From contig CBDANC010000015.1 of assembly GCA_965197425.1 (NCBI GenBank), positions 224,001 through 288,000 of the forward strand: a stretch of 64,000 nucleotides of DNA. Direction: 5' to 3'. Source of the DNA: Bdellovibrionales bacterium (GTDB lineage: Bacteria; Bdellovibrionota; Bdellovibrionia; Bdellovibrionales; JAUICD01). How positions within the stretch are numbered: position 1 is the stretch's first letter; the number at the start of each line of letters is the position of its first letter. Shown here piece by piece: positions 1 through 10,534 of the stretch. The translations under genes were made by a program, and so were the position numbers. The notes beneath the pieces were generated by a model. It was given only the letters and a program-made list of their open reading frames with translations. It did no database searches and had not been told where the DNA came from.

Positions 1-312
1 GAAGAAATAGATATATATGACCCAGCTAGATTTTCAAATGTAAGTGGTTTTTTGCCGGAAGAACGACAATGGTTTAAGGATTTTAAATCTTTGGGATTTG
101 TAGACTCTTTTAGAAAGTTACATCCAGATGATAAGGACATATATTCTTGGTGGAATATGATAAATAGAGATCGTTTATCAAACAGAGGGTGGAGAATAGA
201 CCTAATATGTGTTACTAAGGGTTTAGCAGATAGATTAACAAGCGCTACTATAATGGACACCCAAGAAGGTTCAGATCACTGCCCAGTGGCAATAGGATTA
301 AGATGCTCTTAA
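1..312 (+). CDS. xth: Exodeoxyribonuclease III / AP endonuclease, 5'-truncated by window edge
   Basis: Frame open from base 1 (EEIDIYDP..SGFLPEER); motifs VDSFR, YSWW, GWRID, GSDHCPV typical of the Xth C-terminus. Confidence 0.93.
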   Translation, partial: EEIDIYDPARFSNVSGFLPEERQWFKDFKSLGFVDSFRKLHPDDKDIYSWWNMINRDRLSNRGWRIDLICVTKGLADRLTSATIMDTQEGSDHCPVAIGLRCS

Positions 313-782
313 TTTTATTTATATTTGTACCAATTATAGAAATTTACCTTTTGCTTAAGATAGGGGGTAAAATTGGTGGTGCTAGTACCCTTTTGATAAT
401 TATATTAACTGCTATGTTAGGAGCATATTTGCTAAAAAGAGAGGGTAAGAGTATCTTAGCAAAATTATCTCTTAGTCTTGCACAGGGTAAAGAACCATCT
501 TGGATCATATTACAGGGCTTAAGTATTTTTATTGGTGGCCTGTTGTTGTTGACACCTGGTTTTGTGACTGATCTTTTGGGATTTTGTTTTGTAATTCCAT
601 TTACTAGAAAATTTTGTATCAATAGTTTAAAATCTTACTTTCTTAAACAAGGCCTTGTGAAATCCAGGTTTTATAGCATAAAAGCAGATGGTATGAGTAC
701 TACGCCAGATAGTATGAATACCACACCAGATACAGATACATCTGTAGTTGATACCACGGGAATTAGGATTAAATCAGAGTAG
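303..782 (+). CDS. fxsA: FxsA family membrane protein
   Basis: PIIEIYLL..G, GGLLLLTPGFVTDLLG signature. Confidence 0.9.
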   Translation: MLLILFIFVPIIEIYLLLKIGGKIGGASTLLIIILTAMLGAYLLKREGKSILAKLSLSLAQGKEPSWIILQGLSIFIGGLLLLTPGFVTDLLGFCFVIPFTRKFCINSLKSYFLKQGLVKSRFYSIKADGMSTTPDSMNTTPDTDTSVVDTTGIRIKSE

Positions 783-1770
783 CTACATAAATTATATAAA
801 GCAATAGCATTCCAATTCCCACAGCTCTGGGTGTTTTTCCCTTTAAGAGATAGGTTGATGCAATCATTAATATTGTAACTATTGAAACCCAGACTAAGTC
901 ATAAGACAGGATGTTTTTACTCATCGCAATAGGCGTAACCAAAGCAGTTATACCAGTTATACCTATGGTGTTCATTATGTTTGAGCCAACAACATTTGCT
1001 AAGGCAATGTTATTATATCCCTTTCTCATGGCTACAATGGATGTTATTAGTTCGGGAATACTAGTACCAACGGATATAATGGTCAGACCTATAACCCTAT
1101 CACTTATACCAAAAAACTCACCAATTTTTACAGCACCGTCGATGGCAAATTTAGAACCTAAAACAATTCCTGTTATACCTAATATAACAAATATATATGG
1201 CTTGAGTTTGTCTGTGAAACTTAATGATTGATCGGCACTTGAATTGTCATTACCTAACCCTTCATTGCCAGGCGTATGAGTTTTAGAAAAAACATAAGTT
1301 ATAACAATGGTAACTGCTATCATTATAAGTGCATCAAGTGTATTAAACTTTAGATCTAAGCCAAGGATAGTAAAGATTGCCGTGCTAACTAAAAGCATAA
1401 TCCATGATATGGTTAAATTATCAGCTTCAGCTTTTCCAGGCTTTACTGTGTAAGTAAAACCAACTACAACCAACAAATTAAATAGATTTGATCCCATAAT
1501 ATTTCCTACAGAAATATTTGGATGACCTTCAATTGCAGATACAATACACGCAGCCAGTTCTGGAATAGAAGTGCCAAACGCAACTACCGTTATAGCTAAA
1601 AAAGTTGTACTAACTTTAAGGTGCTTAGATAAAACTAAAATACCTTTCAATAAATACTCTGCAGAGAAAAATAAAACTGCACACGAGCAACAAACTTGAA
1701 GTATATGTACGGATATCAAAAACACATTAGACCTACTCGATAGTATTACAGATACAAAAACCCAATCCAA
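769..1770 (-). CDS. Calcium/sodium antiporter (YrbG/CaCA family); true start possibly GTG near 1725
   Basis: Two alpha repeats GTSIPEL...GN/ANxxGSN; about 10 hydrophobic segments. Confidence 0.92.
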   Translation of the reverse strand: MDWVFVSVILSSRSNVFLISVHILQVCCSCAVLFFSAEYLLKGILVLSKHLKVSTTFLAITVVAFGTSIPELAACIVSAIEGHPNISVGNIMGSNLFNLLVVVGFTYTVKPGKAEADNLTISWIMLLVSTAIFTILGLDLKFNTLDALIMIAVTIVITYVFSKTHTPGNEGLGNDNSSADQSLSFTDKLKPYIFVILGITGIVLGSKFAIDGAVKIGEFFGISDRVIGLTIISVGTSIPELITSIVAMRKGYNNIALANVVGSNIMNTIGITGITALVTPIAMSKNILSYDLVWVSIVTILMIASTYLLKGKTPRAVGIGMLLLYIIYVATLI

Positions 1771-2129
1771 CGAGGTTAGGACTATGTATCAAATCAAGAC
1801 AACTTAACTATATTAAATGGAACGAAGCGTTAAAGGTTGTTGAGGTACGCTAGAAAGGGTCCAGACTTGACCCTTAAAGCTTATCAAAAGCAGTTTTACA
1901 CACAGTCAAAATATAAATAAATTTGTATAGTTATAAAAATACCATAAGAAATTCTAATTTTAAGTTAGTGTAAGAATCTCTAAAGTGTTCTATAAGAAAT
2001 TTTTATATAAAAGGGATTTTATTGAGAAATTTTAATTAGTTAGAAGATAAAAATAGTTGATTTTAGTGTTCTGTATAATATAAATTTTTCCATTGTGTTT
2101 CTTGTTTTGTGGTTTTGATTCTTTAAGGG

Positions 2130-2501
2130 GTGTTTATGATAAAAGAAAATCTAATACATCAGTGTAAGGAGAAGTTGCTTCAGGCCAAGATGGATTTGTT
2201 AAACCGGGTTCCTGATTGTAGAAATGATCTGGTTAATTCTGGGGGCCGTGGTGGTGATGAGGCAGACCAGACTGTGGCCCTTTTACAGGAAAATGGGGCA
2301 TTAATTTCTTATGAGAGGCTCAAATCACAGTTACTTGAAATAGAGAGTGCTTTATCTAGGATAGAGAATGGTAGTTATGGCATTTGTGAGGAAACAGAAG
2401 AGCTTATTGAACCTGACAGATTGTTGGCGATTCCTTGGACAAGACTTAGCATAGAAGGTGCTGAGCTACGCGAGGAATTAAACAAAAGATATGCTAGATA
2501 G
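2130..2501 (+). CDS. dksA: DksA/TraR family RNA polymerase-binding factor, single-Cys (zinc-less) type
   Basis: DEAD coiled-coil tip, ALSRIENGSYGICEET...RLLAIPWTRLSIE. Confidence 0.85.
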   Translation: MFMIKENLIHQCKEKLLQAKMDLLNRVPDCRNDLVNSGGRGGDEADQTVALLQENGALISYERLKSQLLEIESALSRIENGSYGICEETEELIEPDRLLAIPWTRLSIEGAELREELNKRYAR

Positions 2502-2694
2502 TAGTGCCACTTGTTACATTTGTTTTACTAGTTTTATTAACATCAAAAAATTCTGATCTTTTTTCAATTAAATATTTATAATAAGAGTTAGTCTTTGGTC
2601 TTGCTAGGTGACTGGACCTTAATAACTAATTGATGCTAGGTAGCTAAGTAATATAAATTGAAGTGTGGTTTTTACAAGTAGTGGGGCTTAGTTT

Positions 2695-4320
2695 ATGAAG
2701 AGTGTGGGTATAGATATTGGTTCTTACTCCATCAAGATAGCAGAGTTAGAATCAAAAAAAACTGGCAATTACAAGGTAAATGAGATCCTTGAAATACCAA
2801 TAAAAGAAGAAAGTGATTCGGAACTAACTTTCCTGGAAAAATACATAAAAAGAATTGCGCACCACTATCAAGGGCAACCCATAAGGTACGTCATACCTGT
2901 AAACCAAGAACACGTAAGTGTTCAGTACTGTTCATTTCCCATAAAAGAACGACATAAGATACTTAAAAGTCTTCCTTTCCAGCTAGCAGATGATGTGCCA
3001 TTTAATTCAAACAATGTTGTATATGAAGCTAAATTCTTAGCATCAGTTGGAGGTAGCACAGAGCTGTTGGCTTTGATCGCTACTAAAAATCATGTAGCAG
3101 ATGTTATTGAATTGGCTAGAGAATGTGGGGTTGAGCCAGATATTGTAACTTCACCAGCAATTGCACTTTCCAACATGATCTCTGATTGGTCTGGTGCTAT
3201 ACCAACACTCCATAAGCCCTTAATTTTGGATAGCAATTACCAAACTGTAGATGAACCTATACCAGCGAAGGTTCTAATTGATATTGGTCATACAACCACA
3301 AATATACTGATTTACATAAATAGCTCAGTTGTCCAAAGCAACACAATATTTTTTGGTGGATCAGATATCATTAAAGAAATATCCAAGTCATATGAGCTTT
3401 CACCAAAAGAAGCTACATCTCATTTAGTAGAAAAAGGATTTGTACTTACTACCGAACAAAATGCATCTAAAAATCAAATATTCTTTTCTGATATCATTAA
3501 AAGAAGTATAAAAACAGGACTGGTAAAACCTTTAAGCCAAATCTTTCTATCATCCTCAAATCAAAAGCAAATCAAATTAGAAGCTATATATCTTTTAGGC
3601 GGAGTTAGTAGACTAACAAATTTAACAGATTTTTTAACTAAAGAACTTAACATCGATACATACTTAATGAACGATGCACAATCGAGTAGTTACAAATTTA
3701 CCAGTGCTGTTTCGCTCGCCATCGAAGGGTTTAGAACTCCAAAAAACCCACCAGTTAATTTTATAAAAGGCGATCTCTCACCTAAAAGTGAGTTTTTCTA
3801 TAACCTTTGGAAGGCCTATGGCAACATGATAAAAGTAGGCACTGCATGTGTGGTGCTATTATTCATTCATGGAATTGTAAGAGGAAACTTTGCTGATAAA
3901 CTTTCACAAACCGGTTATGATAAACTACAAAAACTAGCTAAATCGCCTGAAGTTAATATTAAAAAACCATCATCCGCTAGAATAGATAAGTTTATAAAAA
4001 GTAAAACTGAAGAAATAGATTCAGTAGAAGAATTATCTGAGTTAGTTAAAAGTAAGTCTGCCATGGATGTACTTGAAGAAATAAGTGCTAGTATACCAGG
4101 CAAAAAAAATATTACACTTGATGTGAAAAAAATAAATATTAGAAGTAATAGAGTTATCATAGAAGGAATTGTAGATAATCAAAATCAAAAACAAAGTCTC
4201 CTAACTGCTTTACAAAATATTTCTAAGGACAAAAAAATAAATCAAACTCAACCTCAATTTACAAAAACTGATCCAACTAAAGTTGGATTTGCATATAGCT
4301 TTACAGTAGATACAAAATAA
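2695..4320 (+). CDS. PilM-like / type II secretion protein GspL (actin-like cytoplasmic domain + TM + PilN-like C-terminus)
   Basis: VGIDIGSYSIK, LIDIGHTTT, LLGG motifs; single TM near residue 380; followed by GspM/GspN-like genes. Confidence 0.75.
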   Translation: MKSVGIDIGSYSIKIAELESKKTGNYKVNEILEIPIKEESDSELTFLEKYIKRIAHHYQGQPIRYVIPVNQEHVSVQYCSFPIKERHKILKSLPFQLADDVPFNSNNVVYEAKFLASVGGSTELLALIATKNHVADVIELARECGVEPDIVTSPAIALSNMISDWSGAIPTLHKPLILDSNYQTVDEPIPAKVLIDIGHTTTNILIYINSSVVQSNTIFFGGSDIIKEISKSYELSPKEATSHLVEKGFVLTTEQNASKNQIFFSDIIKRSIKTGLVKPLSQIFLSSSNQKQIKLEAIYLLGGVSRLTNLTDFLTKELNIDTYLMNDAQSSSYKFTSAVSLAIEGFRTPKNPPVNFIKGDLSPKSEFFYNLWKAYGNMIKVGTACVVLLFIHGIVRGNFADKLSQTGYDKLQKLAKSPEVNIKKPSSARIDKFIKSKTEEIDSVEELSELVKSKSAMDVLEEISASIPGKKNITLDVKKINIRSNRVIIEGIVDNQNQKQSLLTALQNISKDKKINQTQPQFTKTDPTKVGFAYSFTVDTK

Positions 4321-4340
4321 TTATTAAATTAGGGTAGGTA

Positions 4341-5054
4341 ATGATAGAGAAACTAAAGAAAAAAATTGTTGCACAACTAACAGCATTTCAAGAGTCAAGT
4401 ACATACATAGCATTAGAAGAAAGATATGATAGATTGCAACCATCACAACAAACGATGGTAAAAGTAGGTTCAGGCCTGGCTATTTTCGTATTTATTTTTA
4501 TGATAATACAATCATTATTTTCAACTGCCTCAACTAAAATTGAAGATTTTAACAATAGCAGAACACTTATAAGTGAACTAAATAGTTTAAAATCAAAGTT
4601 AAGCAGTAGCCCGGTAATATCAACTCCGCCTAGTAGAGGTGAGTTGGTGCAGAGAGTAAGAGCATCTATACAAGGTACTAATATTACGTCATCACAAATA
4701 GATAGCATTAGATCAACCAATGTGAAAGGAGATATTAAAAAAACATCCTTAAATACTGGAGGTGTTGAAGTAAGGCTTAAAACGTTAAATCTAAGTCAGA
4801 TAACAGATGTTGCCTCTAGAATTCAGCGCATCTCTCAATCTCTAAAGATTACATCAGTAGACATCACAGAAAGTACTGAAGAACCAAAATATTTTGATGT
4901 TAATTACAAGATAGCTACTTTTTATCCTAAAATTGCTAAAGTAGAGCCAGAAGAAGATGAGGATAAAGGCAAAGAAAACAAAAGAAGAAAAAGAAGAATC
5001 AGAAAACCGCCAAAAGATGATGAAGAGAAAGACGAAGAAGAGAAAGACGAATGA
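4341..5054 (+). CDS. Type II secretion GspM-like bitopic protein
   Basis: YDRLQPSQQ + TM + coiled coil + ferredoxin-like C-terminus (VEVRLKTLNLSQI); position after the GspL-like gene. Confidence 0.6.
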   Translation: MIEKLKKKIVAQLTAFQESSTYIALEERYDRLQPSQQTMVKVGSGLAIFVFIFMIIQSLFSTASTKIEDFNNSRTLISELNSLKSKLSSSPVISTPPSRGELVQRVRASIQGTNITSSQIDSIRSTNVKGDIKKTSLNTGGVEVRLKTLNLSQITDVASRIQRISQSLKITSVDITESTEEPKYFDVNYKIATFYPKIAKVEPEEDEDKGKENKRRKRRIRKPPKDDEEKDEEEKDE

Positions 5055-5121
5055 TATTTTATAGAAATAAAAATAACTACATATTCAAGATCTATCTTCA
5101 TTATAAAGGGAAAAATTCGGT

Positions 5122-6069
5122 ATGAAATTTATAAGACCCCTTATAAATTTATTTAAACTTCATAAAACAAAATTACTTTTCACTTTTGGAGCAACTTTTT
5201 TATTTTTAGTTATATTTTTTCCACGAGAAGATTTATCAGCATTTATATCTAGTAGTATCAATAAACTTACTAACAATAGTGTTATAATAAACTTTGAAGA
5301 TATAAATTTTGATGTGATTCCATCGCCAAAAATAAAATTTCAAAAAGTTAGATTATCAACAGCATTAGTTCAAGGTTTAGAAACTGAAAGATTAACTGTT
5401 TCTCCAAGTATTATCTCATTGCTAAGCCTTAAACCTAGTGCTTCTGTATATTTGGATGGCTTTTTTAACGGTGATGCCAAAGTGCATTTTACATCTACCC
5501 TTCCAAGTGAGGATGGCCAGGAAGTTTTTTTAGATTTAGATTTAATCTCCATAGATATCGACAAATTAACCAGTATGGTTAATTTACCTGCAAGCTTTTC
5601 TGGTAAGTTGGATTTAAGTGTCAAAGGCAATGTGGACACAGCAATTGAAGAACAACCAAATTTTGCTATAGCTTTCAAACTTGATAGAGCAGGAATAACA
5701 AATATATCAATACCAACAGCTATAGGCCCACTTACTTTACCCAATATAACTTTGAACAGTGTTGTATCCCAGCTAAAACTAGACAAAGGAAAATTACAGA
5801 TCACATCCATGAAAGTTGATAATAGAAGTAGTATATATGGAGATGTGACAGGTACAGTTGAATTGGAACTTAAAAACACAAGAAGAGGGATTGCACCACA
5901 AATTGGAGTATATGACTTAAAGTTTAATTTAGGGCTATCACCATCACTTGAACAAGAACTGAAAATTTATCTGAACACGCTTGGACTTGCAAAGTATAAA
6001 CAAAATGGAATTTATAGGTTTACTGCGAATGGTACACCTTATGGAATGCCTAGCATTCGTGGTATGTAA
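5122..6069 (+). CDS. Type II secretion GspN-like protein
   Basis: N-terminal TM ending FFP, beta-rich periplasmic region, C-terminal GTP..P; gene context. Confidence 0.65.
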   Translation: MKFIRPLINLFKLHKTKLLFTFGATFLFLVIFFPREDLSAFISSSINKLTNNSVIINFEDINFDVIPSPKIKFQKVRLSTALVQGLETERLTVSPSIISLLSLKPSASVYLDGFFNGDAKVHFTSTLPSEDGQEVFLDLDLISIDIDKLTSMVNLPASFSGKLDLSVKGNVDTAIEEQPNFAIAFKLDRAGITNISIPTAIGPLTLPNITLNSVVSQLKLDKGKLQITSMKVDNRSSIYGDVTGTVELELKNTRRGIAPQIGVYDLKFNLGLSPSLEQELKIYLNTLGLAKYKQNGIYRFTANGTPYGMPSIRGM

Positions 6070-6761
6070 GAGACAAGCACTACTGATATTTCATACAGTA
6101 AAACCATAGGTGTCATGAAAAATAGCATGCTCACCACATCAGGTGGTGTAATAAAGGCTGATATGGTAGCAAGTATTACATAAGCATATCCACGGTACTT
6201 TTTGAGAAACTTTATATCTACAATACCTAATATATTTAAAACAACTAACACCAATGGGAGTTCAAATGCCAATCCAAACATTAAGGTAGTTGTTATAAAA
6301 AATGAGAGGTATTTATTTATAGTTATCATTGGTATGTCTGTTCCATCACCAAAGTTTAATAAAAAATTGAATGCTAGTGGATATATGACAAAATAAACAA
6401 ACAAAACTCCTAGGATAAAGAGAGAAGTACCAAAGCTAACAAAAAAAAGTGTGAGTTTCTTTTCAGTCTTATATAATCCAGGAGATACAAACTTCCAGAC
6501 GTGATATAGCCATAGAGGGCATGTAAATATTATTCCGCCCAGAAAGGCTATTTTCATGTGAGCCAAAAACTTGTCTGTTATACCAGTATATATTAAACCT
6601 TCCACTGTTAAATAGTGTGATATAGGGTTTCTAACAAGAGTAAATAAAAGATCACTAAAATACCAACATACCAATGAACCTAAAAAAATAATTAAAAAAG
6701 ATTTTATTAAAGCAACTCTTAGTTCGTACAAGTGATATATCAGTCCATCATTTTCAGACAT
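6039..6761 (-). CDS. tatC: Twin-arginine translocase subunit TatC
   Basis: HLYELR, W.FVSPGLY..E, FELP, AFITPPD, LYEISV. Confidence 0.96.
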   Translation of the reverse strand: MSENDGLIYHLYELRVALIKSFLIIFLGSLVCWYFSDLLFTLVRNPISHYLTVEGLIYTGITDKFLAHMKIAFLGGIIFTCPLWLYHVWKFVSPGLYKTEKKLTLFFVSFGTSLFILGVLFVYFVIYPLAFNFLLNFGDGTDIPMITINKYLSFFITTTLMFGLAFELPLVLVVLNILGIVDIKFLKKYRGYAYVILATISAFITPPDVVSMLFFMTPMVLLYEISVVLVSYIPRMLGIP

Positions 6762-6996
6762 TTTTTAGATCCTTTTTTGTTATATCTTCATCTATAGTAC
6801 TAACCTTCTTGTTTAGTGTTTTTTTGCTTTCAGTAATTCTAAAATTGAAGCTCTTGGAAACTTCGTCGGCTATGTTTTTAATTTCACCGATAAACCTAGC
6901 AATAGTTTTGGATAAATCTAAGAGATCTTTAGGTCCGAGCAATAGTAATGCCACTACAAAAATGGCTACTAGCTCTACAATACCAACACTAAACAT
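6754..6996 (-). CDS. tatB: Twin-arginine translocase TatB/TatA subunit
   Basis: MFSVGIVELVAIFVVALLLLGPKDL; directly upstream of tatC. Confidence 0.8.
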   Translation of the reverse strand: MFSVGIVELVAIFVVALLLLGPKDLLDLSKTIARFIGEIKNIADEVSKSFNFRITESKKTLNKKVSTIDEDITKKDLKNV

Positions 6997-7033
6997 ACCC
7001 TGTATTTACATATTAAAACCATATTTTCAAGTT

Positions 7034-7120
7034 CAAGGTCTTCCGAATGAGGCTAAAAATAAGCCGACCTCGCCTATTTTTTTCACTAAAGGTGAGCTGA
7101 TTGCCAGTTTGCCCGACTCC
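7034..7120 (+). repeat. Dispersed hairpin repeat, copy A
   Basis: CAAGGTCTTCCGAATGAGGCTAAAAATAAG...CCTATTTTTTT, similar to copies at 7719, 42288 and 61993. Confidence 0.7.
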
Positions 7121-7124
7121 AATT

Positions 7125-7709
7125 CTATTTTTCTGGTAAATTTAAACCTTCTTCAATGAGCTTGTTTTTTGCCAGGGTTGATCCTGTGATTAGATATTTT
7201 TCATATAGTCTTAAAACATCTTCATCAGACTGTAAATTCACTTTTAGGCTTATATATGTTAGTAGTTCTACAAAATTCATAAACTTTTGGGCAAATTCCA
7301 TATACAGCTCAGAAAAAGTTGATTCATTTATGCTATTTGCCAGTGTTCCATAGGCAGTCTCTCCCATATTGACATAGTAATCTATGTCCACTAGCTTCCT
7401 GTTTAAGGAATCTCCAAAAAAACCGCTTACATACAATGTAGTGTCACCTAATTTTTTTAATAATTTAATTTTGCACTTATCATAAGTTGCAGTTGCCTGC
7501 AAAAATGATTCTGCCAGAGTATTAGACTGTGAGCTTTGATCAATATCTTCCACTGAAGGAGTGGAACGCAAAAAACTTTCCATTAGGTCGACAAGATAGT
7601 AACTAGCAGTTTCCGATGGTTGAAATTGTACCTTGACCTTACTCTCATTGATCAGGTCAAAGAAAAAACTCTTTGATGAAGTGCAGATATCATGCCTTGA
7701 AAAAGCCAT
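7125..7709 (-). CDS. Conserved hypothetical protein
   Basis: ATG at 7709 behind a GAGGAGG RBS; conserved-looking block LGDTTLYVSGFFGDSLNRKLVDIDYYVNMGETAY. Confidence 0.75.
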   Translation of the reverse strand: MAFSRHDICTSSKSFFFDLINESKVKVQFQPSETASYYLVDLMESFLRSTPSVEDIDQSSQSNTLAESFLQATATYDKCKIKLLKKLGDTTLYVSGFFGDSLNRKLVDIDYYVNMGETAYGTLANSINESTFSELYMEFAQKFMNFVELLTYISLKVNLQSDEDVLRLYEKYLITGSTLAKNKLIEEGLNLPEK

Positions 7710-7718
7710 ATACCTCCT

Positions 7719-7790
7719 CAAGGTCTTCCTAACGAGGTAAAAAATAAGGAGGCTATGCCTACTTTTTTTTGCCGAGTGGTTGCCCAGCTC
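7719..7790 (+). repeat. Dispersed hairpin repeat, copy B
   Basis: CAAGGTCTTCCTAACGAGGTAAAAAATAAG-GAGGCTATGCCT-ACTTTTTTTTGCC...GTTGCCCAGCT. Confidence 0.7.
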
Positions 7791-7908
7791 TCTATCATGA
7801 TGCGGACCTCTCCTTTCGATATAATAAATAATATCATGAATAGTAAAATCATAAAACTTGGTGTAATTGTCCCATTACAGTAACTAGACCAAGGTTATAT
7901 TTATAATG

Positions 7909-10458
7909 TTATTTGCTATATACAACTAAAACTTCTTTTGAAGAAAAGATTCGAGATGCCAAGTATTTAACTTGTGTGGCTTTTACGGATTTAATTTTGT
8001 CTGGATATTCAAATAAATAGTTGTTATCAAATCCTAATATTTTATTGCTTAAAACCGTTGAGCTTATGGATGAATTTCTTTGTATCCCTATCTGGTAAGA
8101 TCCTATTAAGTATTTTTTAGCTCCTTCTAATTTTTTTTCATCTACGTATTCAGTTAATTTTTTTAATTCAGACCTAATCATGGAAATAGCAGTTTCTTTT
8201 TTGGCAGGGTCACAAGCTATATAGACTGCAAAAAAACCGCCATTTAGACCTGAAAAAGTAACAGGGCATACTGTATAGGCTAGAGACTTTTTATCCCTCA
8301 GCTCTAAAAACAAACTTCCACCTTGTCCAGATAACAACGCTTCAAGCACCTTAAAAGTATAAATAGCATTATCCAATGCACTTATTGCTTGAAAACCTAA
8401 AACTATGTGTGCTTGTGGTTTATCAATTTTTTTAAAAACTTCCTTAGAATCAGATAACTTTTCTACTGATTGTATTTCACTAATCTTGCTCTCTTGTGAT
8501 TTTATACTATCTGCAAAGCTTTGATAGGTTTTTATTTTTCCGTTACCTACAATGGAAACATATGGGTTGTTCATATAAACTTTCCAATAATCTAGGATAT
8601 CTTTTTCTCTTATATTCTCTATAGAAGTCAAACTACCAATTGCATCTTTTCCATAAGGATGAAAAGCAAAAACATTTTTCACAAAGTCTAATACTGCAAG
8701 TCTAGATGGATTATCTTCTAAACTTTTTATATATTGTTTGATCTTCAGTTTTTCTCTTTTTAAAAAACTTGCATTAAATTTTGGTTGTGAAACTATTGAT
8801 CTCAGTATTTTTAAAAAACCATCAACATTTGGGGTTAGAGTTGTGAGCTGAAGGCCAAAAGCATTTTTAGAACAAAAGGAAGAAAGAGATGATGCTTTGC
8901 TGTCAATAAATTCCTTAAGCTCGATTTCACTCATATCGTGGGTTTCACATATGGCCATTTTAGATGATATAAGGGACAATCCGTTTAACTTATCACTTTC
9001 GTAGGCAACACCTCCCTTAAAACCAACGGAGATACTAACAGTAGGTGTATCTGTGTTTGAATAAAATGAAGATCTAGAGTTTAAAAAACAAAATTTGGAT
9101 TTTTTATGCGCTAGTTTAAATGAACTAACATTTATGTTTGAAGAAGTTTTTTTATTTGGTTTAAGGCTTCTTGCTAATTCAAACCCAAGTTTATACCCTC
9201 TATGCCAGTCCTTTAATATAGTCTCCATATTTTTTTTATTGGTAATAGATGATATTGTAACTTTATCTGGGCTTAGATATGAACCTACATTTAGAATGTC
9301 GCTTGATGAAACCTTACTTGCATTAGTGACGTACTTATCAAAGTAATTTATATCTCCAGACATATTATAGTAAAATCCATATTTTCTAGAAAGCCCATCG
9401 ACAGTTTCCATTGCATAAAATTCTTCACTTTCAATTAGCGATAGAGCTTTGGAAAGTTCCTCTTCACTTACAGGGCTTGAGAGTATTTCTATAAGTTCAT
9501 CACCTATTTTAGATATTGCATGTGCTGTGTTGTGTTCCACAAGTTTACATGACACTAAAAAAACTCCTTTATCTTTTAATAAGTAAATACCAGCACTAAC
9601 AGATGAGGCTAATGGTTTAGTCTGCAACATCAAGGACTTATGTAGCCTAGAACTGCTAGAACACCCTAATATCAAAGAGAGCATTTCGATAGCTGGTGTA
9701 TCTGAGTGATTCAAAGTAGGAACATGCCATGCAAAGTTAATTCTAGTTTGTTTAAATTTGGTGTTGTTTACCTTTATTCTGGGTTTGGTTTGAGGATTTT
9801 CTAATTTTCGTTTTACTTGTTTAATTTTGTTACTTTGTGTATCAAAACTTTCTACTTTGTTCTTCATTTTGCTAGACTCAAAGTCACCCGATATAACCAG
9901 GGTTATATTTGGTGCAGAGTAGTGATCTTTGTAGTAAGAAACTATTTTTTCTCTTGAAAATTTTTTGATATTTGAAGCCTTGCCTAAAATAGGTTTGGAG
10001 TAAGGGTGAGTTTTAAACATAGATGAAAAAATTAAATCGCTGGCTACGCTACTTGGACTGCCTGCGGCTCTTTTAATTTCCTCAATGACTACCTCTCGTT
10101 CCGCATCTATATCCTTTTGATTAAAACTTGGGTGTATAATCATTTCTCTTATTACATCCAAGGCAACATCTTGATACTCACTTGCAATTGTTACATAGTA
10201 GACAGTGTGGTCAAAGGAGGTGTATGCATTCAGCTCACCTCCAGAACTCTCCACAATAGAAGCTATTTCTCCTAAGGAATATTTTTTTGTACCCTTAAAT
10301 AATAGATGTTCTATGAAATGAGTTATACCAGATTCTGATTTTGTTTCATCAGCACTGCCTGTACCTATCCATGCCTGTACGGAGACGACAGGAGATTTAG
10401 TGGAAGGAATAAGAATAACATCCATTTTGTTTTTTAGGCTGTATTTATGTATTTTCAA
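7909..10458 (-). CDS. M16 (insulinase/pitrilysin) zinc peptidase, two fused halves
   Basis: GS.DE, HFIEH inverted zinc motif, NAYTSFD.T.Y; second half lacks the zinc motif. Confidence 0.93.
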   Translation of the reverse strand: MKIHKYSLKNKMDVILIPSTKSPVVSVQAWIGTGSADETKSESGITHFIEHLLFKGTKKYSLGEIASIVESSGGELNAYTSFDHTVYYVTIASEYQDVALDVIREMIIHPSFNQKDIDAEREVVIEEIKRAAGSPSSVASDLIFSSMFKTHPYSKPILGKASNIKKFSREKIVSYYKDHYSAPNITLVISGDFESSKMKNKVESFDTQSNKIKQVKRKLENPQTKPRIKVNNTKFKQTRINFAWHVPTLNHSDTPAIEMLSLILGCSSSSRLHKSLMLQTKPLASSVSAGIYLLKDKGVFLVSCKLVEHNTAHAISKIGDELIEILSSPVSEEELSKALSLIESEEFYAMETVDGLSRKYGFYYNMSGDINYFDKYVTNASKVSSSDILNVGSYLSPDKVTISSITNKKNMETILKDWHRGYKLGFELARSLKPNKKTSSNINVSSFKLAHKKSKFCFLNSRSSFYSNTDTPTVSISVGFKGGVAYESDKLNGLSLISSKMAICETHDMSEIELKEFIDSKASSLSSFCSKNAFGLQLTTLTPNVDGFLKILRSIVSQPKFNASFLKREKLKIKQYIKSLEDNPSRLAVLDFVKNVFAFHPYGKDAIGSLTSIENIREKDILDYWKVYMNNPYVSIVGNGKIKTYQSFADSIKSQESKISEIQSVEKLSDSKEVFKKIDKPQAHIVLGFQAISALDNAIYTFKVLEALLSGQGGSLFLELRDKKSLAYTVCPVTFSGLNGGFFAVYIACDPAKKETAISMIRSELKKLTEYVDEKKLEGAKKYLIGSYQIGIQRNSSISSTVLSNKILGFDNNYLFEYPDKIKSVKATQVKYLASRIFSSKEVLVVYSK

Positions 10459-10534
10459 AAAAACCTCAAAAAATTACGTGTATCCTAACCAGCCTACTTG
10501 ATTTTTTTTATGCTTTCTACATATATTTTATTAC

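Noticed and set aside
688..732. Imperfect 21-bp tandem duplication in the fxsA tail (DGMSTTP/DSMNTTP)
   Set aside because: Two degenerate copies in a disordered tail; unremarkable
1771..2129. Possible riboswitch/ncRNA upstream of the Ca/Na antiporter (hairpin AAGGGTC...GACCCTT near 1855-1876)
   Set aside because: No recognisable yybP-ykoY or other Rfam consensus by eye; a single hairpin is insufficient
10465..10510. Weak resemblance to the dispersed hairpin repeat
   Set aside because: Lacks the AAGGT and AATAAG anchors; explicable by AT-rich promoter composition
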